The position numbers and the translations under genes are program-made. Shown here in pieces: positions 20,543-26,951 of a stretch of 32,000 nt of DNA (the stretch's first letter is position 1; every line of letters starts with the position of its first letter). The DNA comes from Polynucleobacter sp. 86C-FISCH (GTDB lineage Bacteria; Pseudomonadota; Gammaproteobacteria; Burkholderiales; Burkholderiaceae), in assembly GCF_018882415.1 (NCBI RefSeq), contig NZ_JACVOL010000001.1, positions 875,531-907,530 of the forward strand. Reading direction: 5' to 3'. The notes beneath the pieces were generated by a model. The model was not told where the DNA came from, did no database searches, and was given only the letters and a program-made list of their open reading frames with translations.

Positions 20543-20570
20543 CAAAAGAAAAACCACCCGAAGGTGGTTG
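20543..20570 (-). terminator. Rho-independent terminator of the peroxiredoxin gene
   Basis: On the minus strand the hairpin AACCACC-TTCG-GGTGGTT is followed by TTTTTCTTTT. Confidence 0.8.
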
Positions 20571-20620
20571 TACAACTACATGCAGCTTATGGGCAACCAA
20601 TCAAGGCCAATGATGGCGCC

Positions 20621-21175
20621 CTAATGACTCTTCAAATAGTCAATTACCCACGCCGGATCACTATCACTTGGGAAAATAGGATAGTGAACCGCTTCGATTA
20701 CGCCATTATTCGCAATGAGTGTGACTCGTTTTAATAAAGTCATTCCGGCCGCAACAAAAGTTGGCATATTCAATGCCTTCTGAAATTGATGGTTCACATC
20801 ACTAACCACCGGGAATGGGAGATGAAGTCTGTCAGCCATCTCTTTTTGATATTCGGTAGTTTGAACACTCAAACCTACAACCTCGGCGCCCAATGCTTGA
20901 AGTTCTTGATAGTGATCTCTAAATGAACAACTCTGAGGGGTGCAGCCTCTTGCCCCAGGAATTTGATCCCAACCATCAGGCAAAGCAACATTAGGTTGCC
21001 CCGTCATTGGATAACAGTAAATAACTAGCTTGCCTTTGATATCGCCAAAATTTACGGACTTACCATTGGTGGCATGTAAAGAAACATTGGGCAGCCTCAT
21101 TCCCTTCAAATGGTTGGTTGAGCCATCATCTTGAGGAATAGGTAGATCTGTAGGAAGCTGATTTAGGTTTGTCAT
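20621..21175 (-). CDS. Peroxiredoxin (AhpC/TSA-Bcp-like thiol peroxidase)
   Basis: A 184-aa ORF with a redoxin fold and the active-site region [15 protein letters not shown]. Confidence 0.85.
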   Translation of the reverse strand: MTNLNQLPTDLPIPQDDGSTNHLKGMRLPNVSLHATNGKSVNFGDIKGKLVIYCYPMTGQPNVALPDGWDQIPGARGCTPQSCSFRDHYQELQALGAEVVGLSVQTTEYQKEMADRLHLPFPVVSDVNHQFQKALNMPTFVAAGMTLLKRVTLIANNGVIEAVHYPIFPSDSDPAWVIDYLKSH

Positions 21176-21220
21176 ATTTAAATACTATACAAAACAAAAG
21201 CCCCACATAGGACGAGGGCA

Positions 21221-21246
21221 AAATAAAAAACCACCCGGAGGTGGTT
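21221..21246 (-). terminator. Rho-independent terminator immediately 3' of the tRNA-Phe fragment
   Basis: On the minus strand the hairpin AACCACC-TCCG-GGTGGTT is followed by TTTTTTATTTT. It begins 12 nt after the CCA end of the tRNA fragment. Confidence 0.8.
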
Positions 21247-21257
21247 TTAGTATTTCT

Positions 21258-21302
21258 TGGTGGCCCGGGGCGGAATCGAACCACCGACACAAGGATTTTC
21301 AA
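21258..21302 (-). other. 3' half of tRNA-Phe(GAA): displaced att-site remnant, not an intact tRNA
   Basis: The minus strand reads TTGAAAA-TCCTT-GTGTC-GGTGG-TTCGATT-CCGCC-CCGGGCC-A-CCA. That is the anticodon loop with GAA, the 3' anticodon stem, the variable loop, the T-arm, the 3' acceptor strand, the discriminator and CCA. The required 5' acceptor strand GGCCCGG and a D-arm are absent from the next ~60 nt. Confidence 0.75.
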
Positions 21303-21700
21303 ATATCCTCCGATAGACCGCTTCGTCTATGAAATCAATTGGTTACGCCACCCCAGACATTTCGTGCGCAAAATTTACATAATGCGTCGGTCAAAATTTC
21401 GAGCGTAATCAGAAAGTTACGATAGCGTGCATAAACTGTGCACAAGCTCAAAACATTTATGTGTCAGTCAAAAATTAGTTCGGCCCCTACTCGTAGCGCC
21501 GAACTTTGGATCGAATCTCAGCAGTGCCACCAAGCTTTTTTCGAAATCCTGCGGAAGCCACACGCCACAGCTACGTGTCATGTCGTTTTAAACGACAATT
21601 CATTTTTGCTATGTCCGTCAGCCATGCAATTTGTCAACCAGCATTTAATTATTTCAACTTGAATACCCCATCTAAATGGCGGTTTTGACGTGATAGGTGA

Positions 21701-21964
21701 TTAGTCGCCATTTTTTGCTGAAAGGTAAGCTCGCCTTGCCATCACCTTATCGTCATCGGTAACCTGTGATTTAGCTTCAATATCTGAAGCATAGTAATTT
21801 TTTGCCAATTTACCGATCTTACTTTTCTGGGCTTGCTCCAATTTATCTTGAATAGTAGGTTGAGCTGGGGATTGCTCTTGTTTACTAATTAGAAATTGAT
21901 TAATTAGTTGCAACAATTCAACCCTTTCTTGGTCACTAATCATTTCTGCCACCAACATAAGCAA
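21701..21964 (-). CDS. Hypothetical small protein (87 aa)
   Basis: The ORF is co-oriented with and downstream of the 145-aa ORF. It looks helical and acidic/basic mixed. I recognise no family. Confidence 0.45.
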   Translation of the reverse strand: MLMLVAEMISDQERVELLQLINQFLISKQEQSPAQPTIQDKLEQAQKSKIGKLAKNYYASDIEAKSQVTDDDKVMARRAYLSAKNGD

Positions 21965-22040
21965 CTCCTTTTCTTATATTTAGCTGGCTCATAAAAATGG
22001 GGCGCCTAAGCACCCCATCCATTTGTCGCTATAAACGACT

Positions 22041-22478
22041 TTACTTACCAAATCCCGCACGTACAGCTCCGCTGGCTTGCTCAATCTGTGCATCAAGCTC
22101 TCCAGCTTCAACAGCACTCTTAATAATCTCTAATGTTTTAATCAATTCTTCACCTGAGGCAACTTCAACTGCTGTTTTACCTTTTGCTAACTCGATTAAT
22201 TTGGCACCATAGCGCACGTTTAAGCACACTTTTCCATCCGCCGAAACAAACCACCACTGTCGCACACGCTTTTCTAATTCAATCGATTTTCTAGATCCAT
22301 CAACATCTTTTACTGTTCTAAATCTTTTTACAGTAAAAGTCCCGCCCTCCTTGTGCGCCTTTGCTAACTGAATCTGCTCCCAGACTTTGGTGGATAACTT
22401 ATTTCTTCGTTGCAAGATTGGTGGAATAGCTGTTGGTTTTTTGGCATTCACAAGTTTTAATCCATTTAATGTGCTCAT
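22041..22478 (-). CDS. Hypothetical island protein (145 aa from the preferred start)
   Basis: An ATG at 22478 (MSTLNGLKLVNAKK...) sits 6 nt downstream of a strong AGGAGA. The track ORF extends 10 codons further upstream without an RBS. I cannot name a family. Confidence 0.6.
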   Translation of the reverse strand: MSTLNGLKLVNAKKPTAIPPILQRRNKLSTKVWEQIQLAKAHKEGGTFTVKRFRTVKDVDGSRKSIELEKRVRQWWFVSADGKVCLNVRYGAKLIELAKGKTAVEVASGEELIKTLEIIKSAVEAGELDAQIEQASGAVRAGFGK

Positions 22479-23205
22479 TTCATTTCTCCTATTAGTTAAT
22501 GGGCACACTTAAGTTAATGTCAGTTTTCCAAGAAGAGCAACCGAAATCATGTCAAATCTAATATTTCAACTCAGCTTCTTAATCCTTTTATTTGGTTTAG
22601 CTAAATATCTATGACTAATAAAGCAGAGGAAAGCTTTATTCGTCAACAATTACTACTGAAATGAGAAGTGGCACTCAGTTGTTATGTCACCCTAAACCTA
22701 GTCAACCGTGTTCGTAGGGATGGAAATTCTGAGCAGTAGCAGAGACTTGTTATCACCATCCTTTACAGGACGCCATTAGCATTGCTAGCTAATTGATACG
22801 AGAATATTTGTACAGCATAAAGTCAGTAGCTTTTAAAGCTACAGTGACACGAGAAAGCCCTGCTTACACAGCAACTTTCAAACAAGACAAAGGTAGCCAC
22901 TTATGCTTTTGTCATTGTTGCGTTTTAAAGCCGCACATAAAAGGAGAAAGCGAAACCGCCCTTACCCAATGTGGTTGTGCCCTAAGTGGTGTAGTAAAAG
23001 AACTCAGCAAAAGTCTACTTCTACACTGTGCCCGTTGCTTAAGGCTCAGTGTAGGTTGAATCTAGCAAATGCCCAACAGCAATACTCAGTAGTCTTAAGA
23101 AAAAAAGTGTGATGAGCGATAAGCGAAGAACGAGCGAACCAGTTCGCTCTAATACATTTATTAATGTCATAATTAATCTCGTTCTCTATATGAAACAGGA
23201 AATAT

Positions 23206-23595
23206 ATGCCGAAGAAAATCAATCCAAATTCACCAGATAACTTACTAGGCAAGTGGTTTGAGTCTATCGACATATACGAGATCGATAATGACTTAATGGG
23301 TACCTCAAAAGAATACATATTAGCAAGAGGTGCACTTTCACATCTTCTCAATTTTGCAGACCAAAATAATAAATTGATGCAAATGTATAACTGGCTTCTC
23401 TCCAATGAAGGCTCTGATTTTTTAGAAAATCACTCCAGAGCAAGTCAATTTGTCTATTTCGAATTGAAAGATCTTTCTTACGCTATAAACTGGGAAAACT
23501 ATATCTCATCAAATGATGTTGATAGCATTCTGGCTCTCAAGGAATGGATAGAGTTTTATCAATGCCCTCTTCCTTCTTATTTGACGCTCAAATAA
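23206..23595 (+). CDS. Hypothetical protein (129 aa) in a very AT-rich segment
   Basis: GGAAATATATG gives a possible weak RBS. The ORF is followed by a long AT-rich hairpin at 23709-23742. I recognise no family. Confidence 0.45.
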   Translation: MPKKINPNSPDNLLGKWFESIDIYEIDNDLMGTSKEYILARGALSHLLNFADQNNKLMQMYNWLLSNEGSDFLENHSRASQFVYFELKDLSYAINWENYISSNDVDSILALKEWIEFYQCPLPSYLTLK

Positions 23596-23708
23596 ACCCA
23601 ATACGCTTAAATTTTTCATTTCAAATACGCGTATATGCAATGTTAATAAATAATTGCTTGTAGGGCTTCTAGCAAAGTCTTGGAATTTTTCTGAATTTAA
23701 TCCCATTA

Positions 23709-23742
23709 AAAATGTAATAGAACTGCTGTTCTATTACATTTT
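23709..23742. repeat. 15-bp perfect inverted repeat (hairpin/operator) carrying the TATTACATTT motif
   Basis: The repeat is AAAATGTAATAGAAC-TGCT-GTTCTATTACATTTT. A third copy of TATTACATTT lies at 23835-23844, just upstream of the recombinase RBS. Confidence 0.7.
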
Positions 23743-23855
23743 CTAGCTAACCACTTGATATTAATAAGGAAATACTGAAGGCATATTTCGGTTGCTCAAA
23801 CCAAACCAAAGAAAACATACTGTAGACGCTTATTTATTACATTTAGGAGCTACTT

Positions 23856-24422
23856 ATGTCACAAGCAAAAATCTTAAACCCCGTTGAACTACGCCGCGTG
23901 CTTGATCACGTATCCACACGCAAGCATTCTGCTCGTAATCGTTGCGCCCTGCTACTTACCCACTATGCAGGAATGCGTGTTGGCGAGGTGTCTAGTTTGC
24001 GAATTAGCGACGTTTTGAACGACAGCGGCACAATTAAAGAAGAAATACGTCTCATGCCAGACCAAACTAAGGGGAAACACGCTCGCACCGTTTATATCAA
24101 TGCCCGCATGCAAAAAGAGCTGGCTCAGTACATCAAAAGCTTGAAAATTAGAGATATAGAGAAACCTCTGTTCTACACACAAAAGAGGGATGGCTTTTCA
24201 GCAAACACTTTGACTCAGTATTTTTTCTTTCTCTACAGAAGGGCGGGTGTTGATGGGGCAAGTAGCCATAGTGGACGCCGTAGCTTTTTAACGGGGCTAG
24301 CTAATAAGGGTACGGCCATACATATTTTGAAAAGCCTAGCAGGTCACAGAAACATCGCAACTACTGCTTCGTACCTATACTCCAGCCCAACCCAACTAAA
24401 AGCGGCCGTAGAACTTATTTAG
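23856..24422 (+). CDS. Small tyrosine recombinase, catalytic domain only (FimB/FimE-like size and layout)
   Basis: A 188-aa ORF with the catalytic residues in order: R (GMRVGEV), K (TKGKH), HxxR (HSGRRSF), H (GHRNIATT) and Y (ASYLY). An AGGAG RBS precedes the start. There is no N-terminal arm-binding or SAM-like domain. Confidence 0.85.
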   Translation: MSQAKILNPVELRRVLDHVSTRKHSARNRCALLLTHYAGMRVGEVSSLRISDVLNDSGTIKEEIRLMPDQTKGKHARTVYINARMQKELAQYIKSLKIRDIEKPLFYTQKRDGFSANTLTQYFFFLYRRAGVDGASSHSGRRSFLTGLANKGTAIHILKSLAGHRNIATTASYLYSSPTQLKAAVELI

Positions 24423-25305
24423 AAGCCTTCTTTGCTGATTGCGACTTTTTATATCGTTGATATATTTCTTCGTAGTTAAAGTCAGGCAAGTCAATTGGCG
24501 TAGAGCATGGGAAATTGCCCCTCGCCGCATGCTCTACAGTTCGCTTAGCCTTTAGTAAGAATCTACTGGTCAATATTTGCATGTTGATTCTTTGATCAGT
24601 AGTTTTTGAGGTTACCTTTACCGCCTTGGCATCTAGTCCCTCCATATTGGCTGGGCTCACGTTTGCAATTACACCTAATCGCCATAGCTCTAAATTAGGA
24701 TTGGCAGCCTTGTTTCTCAATAAATGAATCATGGTGAATAGGGGCGCAGATCTCAATCTTTTTGCCGCTAACGATTTTTTAGCTTTCTGCGCCTTTACCG
24801 GTACAGACACCCCTGCTTGATCAATTAACTTAGTTACTTGACTCAATACATATCGCTTATTCATCCCCAGCGGCACTGAAAGGATTAGCGATGGGACTTC
24901 ACCCTCCTGCATCCGGGACGTTTTAAAGTAATGATCTAAAGCACGATGAAAGGCAGAATCAACCTTCTCCCCTTTTTCAACATTGGCAATAAGTCTGACT
25001 TTGGGCTTTTCAAAATCAGTTCCGTAGATATAAATGCCGCGCTCTTTCCACCACTCATTAAATGTAATAGTAGAAAGATCTCCAAATTCTTCGTAGGTGG
25101 ATAGAACTTGATCAAAGTCTTTTGGCAAAGACTTTTTCTCCGCCCTGCTTAACCCTTCGTTATTGGCCTTTCTAGCCAGCTCGTATGTTGGGCTTAACTT
25201 CATAAATTCCAACATCAGCATTACGTAGCCCTTAATTCCAACCGTAGACCACTCTTTCATGGCCTTTGTAGGCAATAAGTTGGCTGATTTTTTCTTAATA
25301 GGCAC
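24415..25305 (-). CDS. Hypothetical protein (296 aa), divergent from the 255-aa/AAA+ pair
   Basis: It has a GTG start at 25305. Both termini are Lys-rich and the central part looks globular. Its 3' end overlaps the recombinase 3' end by 8 nt. I recognise no family. Confidence 0.6.
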   Translation of the reverse strand: MPIKKKSANLLPTKAMKEWSTVGIKGYVMLMLEFMKLSPTYELARKANNEGLSRAEKKSLPKDFDQVLSTYEEFGDLSTITFNEWWKERGIYIYGTDFEKPKVRLIANVEKGEKVDSAFHRALDHYFKTSRMQEGEVPSLILSVPLGMNKRYVLSQVTKLIDQAGVSVPVKAQKAKKSLAAKRLRSAPLFTMIHLLRNKAANPNLELWRLGVIANVSPANMEGLDAKAVKVTSKTTDQRINMQILTSRFLLKAKRTVEHAARGNFPCSTPIDLPDFNYEEIYQRYKKSQSAKKASK

Positions 25306-25307
25306 AC

Positions 25308-25368
25308 AAAGATATTAACACTTAAGAGTGACTATTAACAGTCATTTTTTTAAAGTGTCAATATCTTT
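25308..25368. promoter_or_regulatory. Nested palindromes in the divergent promoter region (putative operator)
   Basis: The outer 16-bp inverted repeat is AAAGATATTAACACTT (25308-25323) and AAGTGTCAATATCTTT (25353-25368), with one mismatch. It encloses an inner repeat TGACT-ATTAAC-AGTCA, and ATTAACA occurs twice. Confidence 0.6.
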
Positions 25369-25445
25369 ACAGTGAATACATGGCAAGTGAGAACAAATTA
25401 ATTCACAAACCATACTTTTAAACACACATAGAAAGGTAGTAAATC

Positions 25446-26213
25446 ATGAACACATTAGTTAACGAAGTAACAGTAGCAAACAACGTCGTTTCAAACGACA
25501 CAGCAACCATCAACTTTGATGCAAGTAAGCCATTACTTAACTTAGAGGCTAAACGCATCTATTGGGAGCAAGGAGCATATCGCACCAGCAACCAAGAGTT
25601 GTATGGAATTCTTGCCGAATGTCTTGGGTATGCATCAATCACCTTAAGTACGAAACAAGCGAGGGCGAGAGCTGAAGCATTAGAAGAGTTCTTTAAGACT
25701 CGCGGGTATAAACATAGCGCAGATATGCCTCTTGTTACTCGCGTTGTTAAGGCTGTATTTGGTAACGTTGATAGACGACGTATTAGCACCTATTCCTTAG
25801 TCCTGCGACAAGCAGTTAAAGAGGGCGTTACAGCACTTGATCTGCCAACATGGATTGAAGATAAAGGTGGCGTTCAAGAAATCAAACTTGGTCATAGCGC
25901 AACCTATGTAAGCCCAAAAGCAAAAGCTCAAATTGGCAAACAATACTTTGATGGAAAAGTAATCCTTGGCAATGCCAAATCTGAATTGCTATCACATGTA
26001 GCTGATGCCGAGTTTATGGGCACATCTTGTGTGTTGCTAGCAGAGCAGATGGCCGATGGCAGTTTTGATATTAAAGCTGTTGTTCGCTCTACTTCAGTTG
26101 TGAATGCGGCTTACGTGGCTCTTTATGGTCACCAAAACAAAGTTATGGAAGCTGCCAAAAAAGAAGTTGAAGCGGCTAATGATGCTGTCGGCAATATTGC
26201 TAAACAAGCTTAA
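25446..26213 (+). CDS. Hypothetical protein (255 aa), upstream partner of the AAA+ ATPase
   Basis: GAAAGGTAGTAAATC precedes the ATG. The protein looks mostly helical. It lies 50 nt upstream of the ATPase gene on the same strand. I recognise no family. Confidence 0.65.
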   Translation: MNTLVNEVTVANNVVSNDTATINFDASKPLLNLEAKRIYWEQGAYRTSNQELYGILAECLGYASITLSTKQARARAEALEEFFKTRGYKHSADMPLVTRVVKAVFGNVDRRRISTYSLVLRQAVKEGVTALDLPTWIEDKGGVQEIKLGHSATYVSPKAKAQIGKQYFDGKVILGNAKSELLSHVADAEFMGTSCVLLAEQMADGSFDIKAVVRSTSVVNAAYVALYGHQNKVMEAAKKEVEAANDAVGNIAKQA

Positions 26214-26263
26214 TCAATTAACGGGAATGTTATGAGCATTCCCCATTCAGAAAGGATATAAAA

Positions 26264-26944
26264 ATGTTAATCAAACAAGGGGGTGTTTATGAACCGCAAA
26301 CTCTTAATGACATTATTTTCGGTAACCCCGAAAGTAAATTGCGAATTTATGACATTGTCACAGGTGCCGAGCCATTACCTTCAAGCGGCAAATCAGCCAT
26401 TCTTCTCTATGGAGTCTATGGCACAGGCAAAACAACCATGGCAAAAATGCTGCCTGACGCACTCGAAAAAGGTAAAACAGGTTTAGAAGTAAACATGCCT
26501 GCTGACTTTATTGGTTGCCAACAAGGACTTAATGGTCCGCAAGTGATGGATTTAATTGGAAAGATAACATCAACTAATTCATTCAACACTAGTGGACTTC
26601 ACTACATCATTATTGATGAAGTGGATAACTTAACTAAGCAGGCGCAAGCTAGCCTTAAATCCGCACTTAACTGTCAAAGATGCATATTTGTTTTAACCAC
26701 AAACAATATTTCATTACTTGACAGGGGCATGCTTGATAGATGTGTCTTGGTAGAAATGAATGCGGCTAATGATGCCCAGCTATTACCGATAGCTCATCAA
26801 TTATTAAAAGATATTGGGGTTGATATTTCTGATGCTGAATTATTGCCAACAATTAGGGCGGCCAATGGTTCGCTTAGGAATATTTCTCACAATGTACGAC
26901 GGTTAATACAACGTCAAAACATACCTTCTAACATCATCTTTTAA
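26264..26944 (+). CDS. Clamp-loader (RFC small subunit/DnaX/gp44)-like AAA+ ATPase lacking the C-terminal collar
   Basis: It has Walker A (GVYGTGKTT), Walker B (IIIDEVDNL), sensor-1 (VLTTNN), an SRC-like arginine-finger motif (MLDRCVLVEM) and a sensor-2-like motif (ANGSLRN). It opens with the clamp-loader-style YEPQTLNDIIF. The ORF is only 226 aa. Confidence 0.8.
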   Translation: MLIKQGGVYEPQTLNDIIFGNPESKLRIYDIVTGAEPLPSSGKSAILLYGVYGTGKTTMAKMLPDALEKGKTGLEVNMPADFIGCQQGLNGPQVMDLIGKITSTNSFNTSGLHYIIIDEVDNLTKQAQASLKSALNCQRCIFVLTTNNISLLDRGMLDRCVLVEMNAANDAQLLPIAHQLLKDIGVDISDAELLPTIRAANGSLRNISHNVRRLIQRQNIPSNIIF

Positions 26945-26951
26945 CAAGAGT

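Noticed and set aside
20498-20734. A plus-strand 78-aa ORF.
   Set aside because: It spans a terminator and overlaps the 3' end of the peroxiredoxin gene antisense. It has no RBS.
21258-21356. An intact tRNA (Phe, Ser/Gln with an odd anticodon loop, or Sec) or a tmRNA 3' end.
   Set aside because: - The T-arm, acceptor 3' strand and CCA are perfect, but no complementary 5' acceptor strand (GGCCCGG) exists upstream.
- The best anticodon stem would need an 8-10-nt loop.
- The upstream hairpin ATAGAC-GAAGCG-GTCTAT does not complete a cloverleaf.
- There is no long variable arm for Sec/Ser and no tmRNA-like 5' end.
21438-21688. Two overlapping plus-strand ORFs (74 and 60 aa) just inside the island.
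   Set aside because: They overlap each other in different frames, their composition is Cys/His/Ser-rich, and they have no RBS. The region looks more like att-arm or regulatory DNA with repeats and hairpins.
22621-22640. AGAGGAAAGC, which resembles the RNase P RNA GGAGGAAAGTCC box.
   Set aside because: It is only a short partial match. None of the other universally conserved RNase P elements are nearby, and the location inside an island is implausible.
22793-23112. Plus-strand ORFs of 88 and 69 aa in the ORF-poor segment.
   Set aside because: They overlap each other, are Cys/Arg/Lys-rich and low-complexity, and have no convincing RBS. I treated the region as a non-coding candidate instead.
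23046-23405. A minus-strand 119-aa ORF overlapping the 129-aa plus-strand ORF.
   Set aside because: It is a hydrophobic, low-complexity translation of AT-rich DNA and extends into the hairpin-rich non-coding segment. I preferred the plus-strand ORF, though with low confidence.
25446-26213. The 255-aa protein as a sliding clamp (PCNA/gp45-like) partner of the clamp-loader-like ATPase.
   Set aside because: The size fits, but the sequence looks predominantly alpha-helical with no obvious two-domain beta-alpha-beta repeat. The idea cannot be supported without structure prediction, so it is left as a test in the finding.
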